Below are positions 10,375 through 19,839 of a DNA stretch of 64,000 nt, piece after piece. Position numbers and translations under genes: made by a program. How positions within the stretch are numbered: the stretch's first letter is position 1; each line of letters opens with the position of its first letter. Below the pieces are notes generated by a model. It had not been told where the DNA came from, made no database searches, and saw only the letters and a list, made by a program, of their open reading frames with translations. Location of the stretch: positions 7,143 to 71,142 of the forward strand of contig JACPMJ010000005.1 of assembly GCA_016186045.1 (NCBI GenBank), in the 5' to 3' direction. The DNA comes from Candidatus Uhrbacteria bacterium. GTDB taxonomy: Bacteria > Patescibacteriota > Patescibacteriia > JACQRZ01.

Positions 10375-11561
10375 ATGCTTTTTCGTTTTTTTGCAAATTT
10401 TTTGTCCGATACAAAATATTTTTTACCGCAGTGTGTTTTTCTCATATACGCCAGCATGTTGTTTTTTCCTCTGTATGCATATTCCAGTGATGAAATGGGC
10501 GGAAATGCGGCAGGAGACATGAAAAATACTACGGTCCTTGAGCTTAATCAGCAGATTCAGCAGAAAAAAACAACAATTTCGAATCTTCGGAAGAGGATTG
10601 AGGTATACCAGAGAAATATCAAGATGCGGCAGACAGAAGCGGCAAATCTTGAAAATGAGATAGCGTCCATTGAGGATTCTGTTTCAGAAACAACGCTTGA
10701 CATTGAAGCAACGCAAGCAGAGATAGACCAGCTTGACCTTGAAGTCCAAGAGGCGGAGCTGGAAATAAGTCAGCGGGATGTGGAATCGTCTGTGCAAAAA
10801 GAAAAGGTGGGGGAATTTTTGCGGACCATTTATGAAGAAAACCAGCGGGATACTGTTGAACTCTTTTTTTCCAGCGAGAATTTCAGCGATTTTTTTAATC
10901 AAGTGCAGTATTTGGAATATGCGCACTCAGAACTTTATCGCACGCTGATGCGTATCAAGCAGCTCAAAGAACAGCTTACAAATCAACGGAGCGCGCTTGA
11001 AGAAAATAAAAAACGGCAAAGCGAACTCAAGACAAAACTCCTTGCAAAAAAAGATGAACTTGAAGATAAGAAAACCACCAAAGAGCATCTTATAGCTCAA
11101 TCCATTCTTTCCAAAGAGAAGTTTCAGCAGTTGCTCGCGGAAGCGCGAAAAGAGCAGCAGCAGATTGACAACGATATCGTGTATCTGGAGCGGAGTATTT
11201 TCATGATCCGTCATATCCGTATCGGTACGTCTATGAACATCCAGCTGTGGATATTCGGGCGTACCAAGGGACATCCATACAAGCGGCTGAAGCAGGATAT
11301 GTGGCACGCACAAAAAACGGCGGGGCAAAAGGGTATAGCTATATTATGATTCTCCATGACAGTGGTCTCGCCACAGTCTATGGACATGTGAACATAATAT
11401 TGGTTTCACAAGATACGTATGTGAAAAAAGGACAGGCGATAGCGCTTTCCGGCGGTAAACCCGGTACGGTAGGGGCCGGACCGCTGACTACCGGCCCGCA
11501 TCTTCATTTTGAGGTGCGTCTCAACGGGATTCCTGTTGATCCGTTGAAATATTTACCATGA
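10375..11561 (+). pseudogene. M23 family metallopeptidase (EnvC/NlpD-like: signal peptide + coiled coil + M23 domain) interrupted by a frameshift near 11195-11205
   Basis: Coiled-coil part in frame 1 (to 11349), M23 domain (HDPSYPYRY...VDIRA...GPHLHFEVR) in frame 0 open from about 11080 to 11561; T4 run at 11197-11200. Confidence 0.6.
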
Positions 11562-11585
11562 ATCAGTACTCAGTACTATTCTTGT

Positions 11586-12086
11586 ATGGCAGTTGAAATA
11601 GGCAAAGAATATCAAAAACTATCGCATAAAGAGAGTGAGCGGAAAGTAGAAGAATTTACAACGCGTATTCTTCCCGGTATTTTAAAACGTACAGGACGTT
11701 CGGGTCATTTTCGTCATATGAAGACACAGGAACTTATAGCGCCGTCTCAGATGTCCGATAATATAGAAGAGGACATGAAGCAGTATCGTACATTTACCTT
11801 ACAGCTTCATACGCTCTTGACGCAGAATGAAAAAGGAAAGGTGCGTGAGGCTGATAGAGAAAAAATTCGAGACATGTTTCATACCTATGGCAAAGGTAGG
11901 GAGCAGGGGAAGGTTCATTATTTTATAGAATATCTTAAAAACAAATCAGCACAGATTATTGCTGCGCTTGAATTAATGTTGGATGGGTATATTCCCCAAG
12001 AACGTCTTTCACAAGAAATACGAAAAGTACTCTCTGAACTAAGTGGTAAAGAAATAACACTCAAGAAAAAGTCAGCAGTGAAATAA
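11586..12086 (+). CDS. hypothetical protein
   Basis: ORF only. Confidence 0.4.
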   Translation: MAVEIGKEYQKLSHKESERKVEEFTTRILPGILKRTGRSGHFRHMKTQELIAPSQMSDNIEEDMKQYRTFTLQLHTLLTQNEKGKVREADREKIRDMFHTYGKGREQGKVHYFIEYLKNKSAQIIAALELMLDGYIPQERLSQEIRKVLSELSGKEITLKKKSAVK

Positions 12087-12229
12087 AATAAAAAATAACC
12101 TGGGAGTTTTTCTCGTCAGAACCAGATTAAATATTGTGCGACGCATAATATCACGAGTGGTTTTTTAGGGAGTTTTTTACCTATCTTGATTCTTTTTTTA
12201 TTTTACGGTAAGGTCAATGAAGTCGTTCT

Positions 12230-13231
12230 TTGACTCACAAAGGAGAGAAAGAAAGCGTGGATACCCAGGGACATAAAAAGACGCGCAAGGTGAGGAACAA
12301 TGGTGTGTCTCGGTCGAGGCAATATTACGGTCCGTCAAAAAAATACGAGTATAACGGACATACCTACGATGCCTATGGTGAAGTTCGTCTCGCAAAAATA
12401 TTCACCGAGCAGATGGATCCTCCCGTCGCATTTACCCCTCATGTTCGTGAAAGGTGTGCTGATCTTGACGGGGAGTTTGACTATGAGGTGGATTTTCGGA
12501 CCGAACGAGAAGTAAAATTTCCCGGCATGGGATTTGGCGCGCGTTATTTTGAGGTGAAGGGGTTTCTCTCTCGGAAATTCATCAGAAAGATGCGCGCGCT
12601 CGAGAACAAGACCGGACACAAGGGGTGGATCATGCTTCCCGGCCATTTGAATTTCATCGAAAAACCGGGAGGTACCGAATGGACAAGAGAAGATTTCATA
12701 AGCTTTGAACCGCCGAATTTCGGTAAGAATTCCGATAGCGACGCGATTGAAGAACTAAGAAAACTTCTCATCAAGGAGAGGATCTCCTTCAAAGAGTCCG
12801 CGGAATTTGAATGTATCGCATGGAAAGGCGAAGAGCTCATACGATTTACCTTCGTTGGGCACTTCTATTTTCCGGAACCGATCAAACTTTTTGGTATTCC
12901 ACATCCGGTACAGATACTTCGTGTGGTGGATGAGCTGACAAAAAATGAGATCATCGCGATGGAGTCGCTCACCGCGAGCGCCGAAGTGAATGGCTATCTC
13001 ACTTTGAAAACGCACGTCTACACATGGAAGAAAGAGGGTCTCGTCAAGCGTGGACGTCATCGGCCGGTACGGTCAATTCCCGGACCGATCATGGAGTCAC
13101 ACAATGGCTCTTCAAGGGAAAAAAAAGAGCAGACGGAGAAGGGTTGCGGCAAGGAAAAGTGTAAAAAAAGAAGGAGCGGCAGTAAAAACGGCAGTAAAAA
13201 TAGTAGAGGTACGCCGACCACCATTTCGTAA
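12230..13231 (+). CDS. hypothetical protein with possible PD-(D/E)xK-like motif (DGEFDYEVDF...RYFEVKG) and Lys-rich C-terminal tail
   Basis: Motif seen by eye only; followed by terminator hairpin. Confidence 0.4.
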   Translation: MTHKGEKESVDTQGHKKTRKVRNNGVSRSRQYYGPSKKYEYNGHTYDAYGEVRLAKIFTEQMDPPVAFTPHVRERCADLDGEFDYEVDFRTEREVKFPGMGFGARYFEVKGFLSRKFIRKMRALENKTGHKGWIMLPGHLNFIEKPGGTEWTREDFISFEPPNFGKNSDSDAIEELRKLLIKERISFKESAEFECIAWKGEELIRFTFVGHFYFPEPIKLFGIPHPVQILRVVDELTKNEIIAMESLTASAEVNGYLTLKTHVYTWKKEGLVKRGRHRPVRSIPGPIMESHNGSSREKKEQTEKGCGKEKCKKRRSGSKNGSKNSRGTPTTIS

Positions 13232-13240
13232 CTGCACAGA

Positions 13241-13275
13241 GGGCTTTAGTGAGAAAGAAAGCCCTTTTTTTAATG
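13241..13275 (+). terminator. intrinsic terminator (GGGCTTTAGTGAGAAAGAAAGCCC + T7)
   Basis: Stem-loop followed by TTTTTTT. Confidence 0.55.
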
Positions 13276-13368
13276 TTTATAAAAAAATCAAAAAAGGAGA
13301 AAGGGGTATTGTGTTATTCTTTATCTTATTATAGAATGGACGAGTGCTGAAACAAAGGAGAGAGCGAG

Positions 13369-13557
13369 TTGAAACAAGCCATTTCTTTTATTCTTGGGAC
13401 CCTTCTTATCATTATTGCAATAGAAGAGGGAGGTAAATCGCTTGCGTCGGCATGTATCGCCTTCGCCGGATTAGCCGGTATCATTTTTGCGATAGTTTCT
13501 TCCGCAATGAATTCAATCCAAAGAAGCTTTGAGCGCATGATCGGCTTTGACGAATAA
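13369..13557 (+). CDS. small hydrophobic membrane protein (62 aa, two predicted TM segments)
   Basis: ORF with hydrophobic composition; weak. Confidence 0.3.
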   Translation: MKQAISFILGTLLIIIAIEEGGKSLASACIAFAGLAGIIFAIVSSAMNSIQRSFERMIGFDE

Positions 13558-13574
13558 TAACGTCAAAAGATATT

Positions 13575-13874
13575 GTGCGACACAAGAAAGAAGGAGGAGA
13601 AAAGGTGACAAAGGAAGAGGTTCTCGTTATTTTGAATAAAAGAATATGGGAGATTCAAAGAACACCGTATGATACTACAAATAAGCCACGCGGTCAAGTC
13701 TCCGGAGATTTATTCGAACTTGCAGGAGAGTTAGAGACGCTCCTATGGGTTTGTCAGCTCGTAAGACAAATAGAGATTCCAGAGTCGGTCGCACCTTCAC
13801 CGGTCAATGAACAAAATTCCGTAGCCACTGGATGGCAGGCGGCGGTCACCGGAGAGCTTAAGCAGAAAAGATGA
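13575..13874 (+). CDS. hypothetical protein
   Basis: ORF only. Confidence 0.35.
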   Translation: MRHKKEGGEKVTKEEVLVILNKRIWEIQRTPYDTTNKPRGQVSGDLFELAGELETLLWVCQLVRQIEIPESVAPSPVNEQNSVATGWQAAVTGELKQKR

Positions 13875-13900
13875 CCCAGAGGTCATTCGAATTAACCACA

Positions 13901-13932
13901 GCGCGAATAAAAAGCATATTCGCGCTTTTTTA
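13901..13932 (+). terminator. intrinsic terminator (GCGCGAATAAAAAGCATATTCGCGC + T-run)
   Basis: 9-bp perfect stem followed by TTTTTTATTT. Confidence 0.55.
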
Positions 13933-14084
13933 TTTGAGGGTATTATCCACAGTTTTTTAGTGTTTTTTATGCTATACTTAACTGGGTATAATATCTCAAA
14001 CGCTCAGTAAAATGGATATTTGTAAAACTGACGGTGTGTTATCAAAGAAAGCCCTTCCCCTTTCCATATAACAGTCAAAATAAT

Positions 14085-15029
14085 ATGCTCCCCCTCTTTG
14101 ATGATTTCATCCTCCATTTGCAAGTAAATAATTATTCGAATGAGACGATCTATAATTATGAACGTGATCTTCGCGTATTTGAGATTTTTCTTATTGAGGA
14201 TGCACGGATTAATGACTTCTCCTGTGTTACAAAACAGACCATTGAGAGGTATAAGGCATATTTGAACTCCCGCGATAGAAAAACCGCCATTGGAGATAAG
14301 AAAAAAAGCGATTTAAGTTCATTTTCAAAAAATAGATTTTTTTCTTCTTTGCGCGGGTATCTGAAATATCTTATTGAGATGGATGTCAAAACTCCGATCC
14401 TGCCGGAAAACATACATCTCATAAAAACAGAGAAGAAAGTACCAAAAGTTGCCGAGCTTGCCGAGCTTGTCCGTCTCATAGAATTTCCCAGCTCTTTTGA
14501 AAAAAATATAAAAGTAGCGAAGAGAAACAGAGCGATGCTTGAGATACTTTTTTCGACCGGTTTACGTATCTCTGAATTAGTGAGTCTTAAAAAAGATCAT
14601 TTGGATTCGCGAGGAAGAATCTTTGTCATGGGAAAGGGGAAAAAAGAACGTTTTGCATATCTCACGCCACGTGCGATTGATCATCTGAAAGAGTATGTAG
14701 CGCTCAGAAAAGATACTATCCCCTATTTGTTCATTCCATACCGGGGAAGTCGGCTATCAAGCAATAAAGCGTGCATATCCACAAATTATCTTCAGGAAAA
14801 AATTAAGCGGTATCGGGAGATGTTGGGCATGAACATTCCCACATCCGCCCATTCTTTGCGGCACGGTTTTGCCACGTATTTAGCAGAATCCGGAGCAAAT
14901 CCAGCCGCGATACAAATTCTTCTCGGACATGAATCACTTGACACGACCACACGATATGTGCACGCTTCAGATAGATACGCGGAAAAGACGCACAGGACAT
15001 TTCATCCGCTCAAAAAAAGAACGGGTTAG
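14085..15029 (+). CDS. tyrosine recombinase, XerC/XerD-like integrase
   Basis: C-terminal catalytic box HSLRHGFATYLAESGANPAAIQILLGHESLDTTTRYVH (R..HxxR..Y); ORF track start 14034, ATG 14085 more likely. Confidence 0.8.
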   Translation: MLPLFDDFILHLQVNNYSNETIYNYERDLRVFEIFLIEDARINDFSCVTKQTIERYKAYLNSRDRKTAIGDKKKSDLSSFSKNRFFSSLRGYLKYLIEMDVKTPILPENIHLIKTEKKVPKVAELAELVRLIEFPSSFEKNIKVAKRNRAMLEILFSTGLRISELVSLKKDHLDSRGRIFVMGKGKKERFAYLTPRAIDHLKEYVALRKDTIPYLFIPYRGSRLSSNKACISTNYLQEKIKRYREMLGMNIPTSAHSLRHGFATYLAESGANPAAIQILLGHESLDTTTRYVHASDRYAEKTHRTFHPLKKRTG

Positions 15030-15049
15030 AAACTATTTAACATACGTGT

Positions 15050-15080
15050 GCAAATAAAAACAGAAGCTATTGTGCTTCTG
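15050..15080 (-). terminator. intrinsic terminator for the minus-strand SPFH gene (CAGAAGC-ACAATA-GCTTCTG followed by TTTTTATTT on minus strand)
   Basis: 7-bp perfect hairpin, T-run only on minus strand. Confidence 0.5.
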
Positions 15081-15272
15081 TGTCTGTGAGATTCAAAGCG
15101 TTCTCTGCTCTTTACGCTTTTTTTCTATATACTGCAGGAGCTTTCGCATTTCTTTTTCTGGGAGATTGCCGTGGTACTCCCCCGGAAAAAAAAGTTGATG
15201 AGGCGGCATGATTCGGATAGGAAGATCTTTCTGCGGATAAAGCAGAGGGAGAATATCCATGGCATGCATCCT

Positions 15273-16466
15273 CTAATTTGACGGAAGATCCGCGCGCGAA
15301 CTGATGACTGTGAACTTTCCGTTCCACATCAGTGCGGATTGTTCGCGTATGGCTTTTTTTGAGATGCCCTGTGCCATGCGTGCGTAGGCTGACTTTATAT
15401 CAGCCACTTTCACCTGTGCCACCTCTCGCTTAAATGCGGCGTCAAAGACTTCCTTGAGATAGCGCTCGATGGTGTCGATCGGCCTCTCATTCTTTTCATG
15501 CCGCATCCAGGGATTCTTCTCATCTTTGTATGTGGCGATAATCTGGTTTGGATCATCAACACAACAAGTGACCAAAGCGCTGATTTGTGCCTTCACCTCC
15601 ACGCCGTCCGCCGTCCTGCTGGACACGTCCATTACCACTTCTTGCTTTTGTGGAATAGAGACGATTTTGCTGAATAGCGGTACCGCGTACATGGTGCCGG
15701 TTGATCCGGTGGTCTTGTTTCCAATGATCCAGACCTTGCCCTCAAGCGGCGCGGAAAAGACACAAGAAGAGATCGCGAGCGTCACGATCGCCGGTCCAAG
15801 GACGACGTTGAATCGGTGAGGAAAATCCTTCTGTCCTTCCTTGGGATACCAATAATCCCTGAGATCGGAGAGAAGGAATACTGCGAGATACGGAAGCGTG
15901 AATACCGCGGCAAGACCAGTGACAGTGCGTAGAAATCCTTCCGTGGAAATCTGCTGGATTACGGTGAACAGCAGAAGTCCTAGAAGGCACAGAAGGATCA
16001 CTTGGGAAAATCTCGAATTCTGTATGGCTGTACGCACGGGTGTCCTCCCCTTTCTTGTGGTGCCGGTGAGCGCCGGCTTGAAGCGATCCCAGAATGATTG
16101 TGGCGCCCCGGTGGCTGCGTCTTCTTCTTGGGAAATGGTGTCGGCCTCCTCTGGATGCGTTTCCAAATTTTCCGAATTTGGATCTTCAGAGATCTGGGAT
16201 TTCCCCTTCCTTAAAAAAGGCGGGAGATCATCAAGATTTGGAACACCCTGCTCTTCTGTGTCTTCTAGACTCTTTTTGCCGTCATTTTTTCTGGAACGGC
16301 CGGTGTTGCGCATGAGAAACCTTCCTTTCTTGTATCTGAAAAACGGAATGATGCCAATAGTGAGAATGAACGTAGGTGCAGGTACCTTAGCATAAAATTT
16401 CCTTTTTGTCAAGGGGGACGCCTTTATGCAGCGTCTGAGTAAAATTTCATTATAAATAAGCGTCAA
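15273..16466 (-). CDS. SPFH/band-7 domain membrane protein with charged low-complexity N-terminal region
   Basis: TM helix then band-7-like segment KQEVVMDVSSRTADGVEVKAQISALVTCCVDDPNQI. Confidence 0.5.
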   Translation of the reverse strand: MTLIYNEILLRRCIKASPLTKRKFYAKVPAPTFILTIGIIPFFRYKKGRFLMRNTGRSRKNDGKKSLEDTEEQGVPNLDDLPPFLRKGKSQISEDPNSENLETHPEEADTISQEEDAATGAPQSFWDRFKPALTGTTRKGRTPVRTAIQNSRFSQVILLCLLGLLLFTVIQQISTEGFLRTVTGLAAVFTLPYLAVFLLSDLRDYWYPKEGQKDFPHRFNVVLGPAIVTLAISSCVFSAPLEGKVWIIGNKTTGSTGTMYAVPLFSKIVSIPQKQEVVMDVSSRTADGVEVKAQISALVTCCVDDPNQIIATYKDEKNPWMRHEKNERPIDTIERYLKEVFDAAFKREVAQVKVADIKSAYARMAQGISKKAIREQSALMWNGKFTVISSRADLPSN

Positions 16467-17602
16467 AACATCATTTTTGTTTCACGAAGTCGTCTCATGT
16501 GTTGGAGTTCTTGCCAGTCTTGCCATGACCGATTAACGTATTGAAGAATCTCTTTTTTGAATCGGTCCGCGCTGAATTTCAGCGCATAATTTCTGATGAT
16601 CTGGGGAGAAAACTGATCTGGCTTAAATCTGATGACCGCGTCAATAAGCGCGGCATAATCCTGATCAAAAAAGAAGACGCCGGTTACCTTATCCACAATA
16701 GTCTCCAGAGCGCCGCCTGCGGCAAGGGCGATCACTGGTTTGCCAGATGCCATCGCCTCAATGGCGGTAATACCAAAATCCTCTTCCTGTGGGTGGAGAT
16801 ATGCGATACAGTTTTTGTACAGTTCAGCACGCACCGGGTCTGAAACCGCTCCGGTGAATATTATATTTTTTTTTGCATATGAGCGGAGTTTTTTATATTC
16901 CGGCCCTTCGCCAAATATGTTTAGTGGCAATCCAAGCCTGTTAAACGCCTGGACAATAAGATCAAACCGCTTATAGGAAACTAGCCGTCCGCCCGCCAAA
17001 TAGTGCTCCCCCGCCCTATTGGACATTGAAAATTTGTCAAGTTCAACCGGCGGATAGATGATGTCGCTCTCTCTCCGATAATATTTTTTTATCCGTTCTT
17101 GAACTGTTCGAGAATTTGCAATGAATTTATCCACACGATCAGCGGCTGAGCGGTCCCATATGCGTAGTCCGCTCAAAAGAAACGGCACTGCTCGTTTGAG
17201 CGCGCGCGGCTGGTGCAGTTCCTTCAGATAGCTATGTGTGTCTGTCCAGAGATATCGCGTGGGTGTGTGGCAATAGCAGATGTGAAGCGTAGTGGATTTT
17301 GTGATAATGCCTTTTGCAAATGCAGATGTGCTAGAAAGCACCAAGTCGTATCTACTAAGGTCATACGATTCGGTCGCGTTTGGCATGAGCGGCAAGAGCC
17401 ATTGATATTTTTTTTTCGCAAATGGAATGTTTTGGAGATATGATGGGATGATCTGCGCATGTGGAAAATATTCACCCAAGCGTTTTTTGTCATACACAAG
17501 GGTGAAGATCGGCGCTTTTGGATACAGCTCCGTAAATATTCTCAAAACCCGTTCCGCGCCGCCGAGCTGAGTAAGATGGTCATGGATAAGTGCGACATTC
17601 AT
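16463..17602 (-). CDS. glycosyltransferase family 4 (GT-B, RfaB-like)
   Basis: EDFGITAIEAMASGKPVIA (E-x7-E-type motif), GxG; overlaps neighbour by 4 nt. Confidence 0.8.
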   Translation of the reverse strand: MNVALIHDHLTQLGGAERVLRIFTELYPKAPIFTLVYDKKRLGEYFPHAQIIPSYLQNIPFAKKKYQWLLPLMPNATESYDLSRYDLVLSSTSAFAKGIITKSTTLHICYCHTPTRYLWTDTHSYLKELHQPRALKRAVPFLLSGLRIWDRSAADRVDKFIANSRTVQERIKKYYRRESDIIYPPVELDKFSMSNRAGEHYLAGGRLVSYKRFDLIVQAFNRLGLPLNIFGEGPEYKKLRSYAKKNIIFTGAVSDPVRAELYKNCIAYLHPQEEDFGITAIEAMASGKPVIALAAGGALETIVDKVTGVFFFDQDYAALIDAVIRFKPDQFSPQIIRNYALKFSADRFKKEILQYVNRSWQDWQELQHMRRLRETKMMF

Positions 17603-19020
17603 ACACGCGACTTTCTGGTTAAAACTTTCAGCGGGGTTTTGCAGAGAATGATAAAATCAATCCATGGCGACCAGTTTTCGATATAGTACATGTCAAGACG
17701 CGCCTCGTCTTCAAAATCAAGGTCGCTCCTGCCCTCTATCTGCGCCATGCCGGTAATGCCGGGCTTGATAGTGAAAAGCGCTCGATGATGTTTTGTATAA
17801 TGTGCCACTTGATTTGGCATATGCGGCCGCGGACCAACTAAACTCATGGATCCAAAAAGTACATTGAAAAGCTGGGGAAGTTCATCCAAGCTAAATCGTT
17901 CCAAAAATCTTCCCACGCGCGTGCGCCGCGGATCATTGAGGACTTTGTATACCGGTCCTTTGCGTTCGCTTTTTTCCTGCGCAAGCTGTTCTTCATACGC
18001 AAGCGCTTTTCCCGTGGCGTCGTATTTTTTTCCAGTACAATATTGGATGTACATAGATCGAAATTTATAGGCAAAAAATGCGCGTTCATCTTTTCCAACA
18101 CGTTCATTAAAATAAAATATCGGTCCGCGAGATTCCAAACGAATAGCGATTGCGATCATAAGGAAGATGGGGAGTAAGGTGATGATAATCATGCATGATA
18201 CGACGATATCAAAAAGCCGCTTCAGGATTTTTCCCCATCCTTCAAGACGCGTCCGTTTAACCTCTACAAGCGGTATGCCCGCAAGCGTGCGCACCTCCAA
18301 GCGTTTACTGCCAAACATGTCAGCGGAATAGCGAAATGGAATATGATGTTCGTTTGCAAAGTTTAGGATCGCATTCAGCATCGCATAATCAGCTGCAGGA
18401 CTGACAAGAAAAATTTCATCGAGTTTTTTGTGCAGTCGCATGGCATGAAGTGATTGCGCGGTTTCATCTGTCCATGCAGCGCACTGAAACACCACTTGGA
18501 ATCCCAGGGATGGCCGATGGTCAATTTCTGAAATAATTGGCGCAATGCGCGCCATATCTCCGATCATGGCGATGGAATGCAAGCCAACGCCGGCTTTGAA
18601 CAGCGCTGTTTCTGTCAGGCGCAAAAGCATGCGTCCCATGCTCACAAAAAGAAAGGAAAGAATCCATGCCGCCAGTACGATAAAGCGTGAGCTGAACAAT
18701 CCGCTGACAAAAAAGAGATACACCAGAATAAACATCATGCCTGTTGAGCAGGCGATGCATATCTTTTGTATCTCATTCCGTATCTTATAATGACCAATGG
18801 CATACAGTCCTGTCAGTGCAAAGACCGCGAGGAAGAAAAGCGAAACAGTCAGGAGTATCTGTGTGTACTGCGCGAGCGGAATTTCAAAAATCGCAGGACG
18901 GATGTCTGTTAACGCTTGGAAACGTAAAAAATACGCGGCATATCCTGCCGCGATCAACATACAAAAATCCAGTGGGACACGCAAGACGGTAAAAACAAGA
19001 TCGGTGCGGTTCATAGACAT
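17599..19020 (-). CDS. polyprenyl-phosphate sugar phosphotransferase (WbaP/WcaJ-like bacterial sugar transferase)
   Basis: LKRLFDIVVS...GPIFYFNERVGKDE...DELPQLFNVLFGSMSLVGPRP. Confidence 0.85.
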   Translation of the reverse strand: MSMNRTDLVFTVLRVPLDFCMLIAAGYAAYFLRFQALTDIRPAIFEIPLAQYTQILLTVSLFFLAVFALTGLYAIGHYKIRNEIQKICIACSTGMMFILVYLFFVSGLFSSRFIVLAAWILSFLFVSMGRMLLRLTETALFKAGVGLHSIAMIGDMARIAPIISEIDHRPSLGFQVVFQCAAWTDETAQSLHAMRLHKKLDEIFLVSPAADYAMLNAILNFANEHHIPFRYSADMFGSKRLEVRTLAGIPLVEVKRTRLEGWGKILKRLFDIVVSCMIIITLLPIFLMIAIAIRLESRGPIFYFNERVGKDERAFFAYKFRSMYIQYCTGKKYDATGKALAYEEQLAQEKSERKGPVYKVLNDPRRTRVGRFLERFSLDELPQLFNVLFGSMSLVGPRPHMPNQVAHYTKHHRALFTIKPGITGMAQIEGRSDLDFEDEARLDMYYIENWSPWIDFIILCKTPLKVLTRKSRV

Positions 19021-19030
19021 GTGTCATGTC

Positions 19031-19698
19031 GTTTTTTGACAACATGGCGCACCACATAAGCCGAATTCTGTATCCATCATCCGCCTCCGCCAGTTGGCGG
19101 ATAGCGGAGGTGGATGGTGACCATCACTCTATCTTCATGATTACCCATGAAGTATTGCGAGCGTCTATTGCTCTTGCATCTGGTAGGTGTTTGCCAAGCT
19201 GACACATCACTATGCCACTGGTGCGCTCTTACCGCATTTTGCATATTCTTTTTTAACTAGGAGAGTTTAAAGAACGATTTTGAATATGCAAGTATTTATT
19301 TGCGTCAACCCTTATTCGGGTATCCACACCATTTCACCCTTACCCATAGCCATCGCCTGGGCGGTATGTTGTTTCATTCAAATCATCCAAATGAAACCTT
19401 TGCGCATTCGCAAAGCTTTTCTGTTGCTCCCCTGTTTCTGAAAAATCAGAAACAGCGAAATTTGGCTCGTAAAAACCAAGACACTATCCCGTATGCCAGT
19501 CCCCTGCTTTTTTGAATAAGAAAAGGGTATTCCCCTCGTCTTGATCACATAAAAAAGAAAGAAAAAGCCATAGGTCGCTGTTAGCGACTACCCTGTTGTC
19601 CGGCAGTGCCGGACAGATGTTCGGACTTTCCTCCCCTGAATATGGAAATATATCCATTTCAAGGGCGATCACCGTGGTGCGCCATGTTGTCAAAAAAC
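19031..19698 (-). ncRNA. rnpB: RNase P RNA (bacterial type A-like, about 670 nt with large insertions)
   Basis: Minus strand carries GGGGAGGAAAGTCCGAAC (P4 5' strand), GCAACAGAAAAGC, GGGTAAGGGTGAAATGGTG, GCGGTAAGAGCGCACC, ACAGAATTCGGCTTA (P4 3' strand); ends form 25-bp perfect helix (19031-19055 / 19674-19698). Confidence 0.8.
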
Positions 19699-19755
19699 AG
19701 TATGAGATTACTATAGTACTATAGAGAAGAAAAGTCAAGGATGTGAAAAGAAAAA

Positions 19756-19826
19756 GCTACCTCGCGCGCTGGCGGGTAGCTTGAGTGTCATTTCGATCCG
19801 CCAGCTGGCGGAGAGAAATTCCGACG
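19756..19826. repeat. palindromic repeat family member (hairpin GCTACCTCGCGCGCTGGCGGGTAGC plus GTCATTTCGATCCGCCAGCTGGCGGAGAGAAATTCCGAC)
   Basis: Core CCGCCAGCTGGCGG at 19798-19811. Confidence 0.7.
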
Positions 19827-19839
19827 ATTCAGTATGACG

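Noticed and set aside
19074-19126. Palindromic element inside rnpB treated as an independent mobile insertion
   Set aside because: It occupies the position of the native P18 hairpin directly 5' of the conserved ACAGAAttCGGCTTA, so it may be an intrinsic helix; kept only as a note under the RNase P finding.
19031-19698. Considered tmRNA or SRP RNA for this structured, non-coding, inverted-repeat-bounded segment
   Set aside because: No tRNA-like 3' end (GGTTCGAnTCC...CCA) or tag ORF for tmRNA, no SRP domain IV motif; the RNase P conserved blocks match instead.
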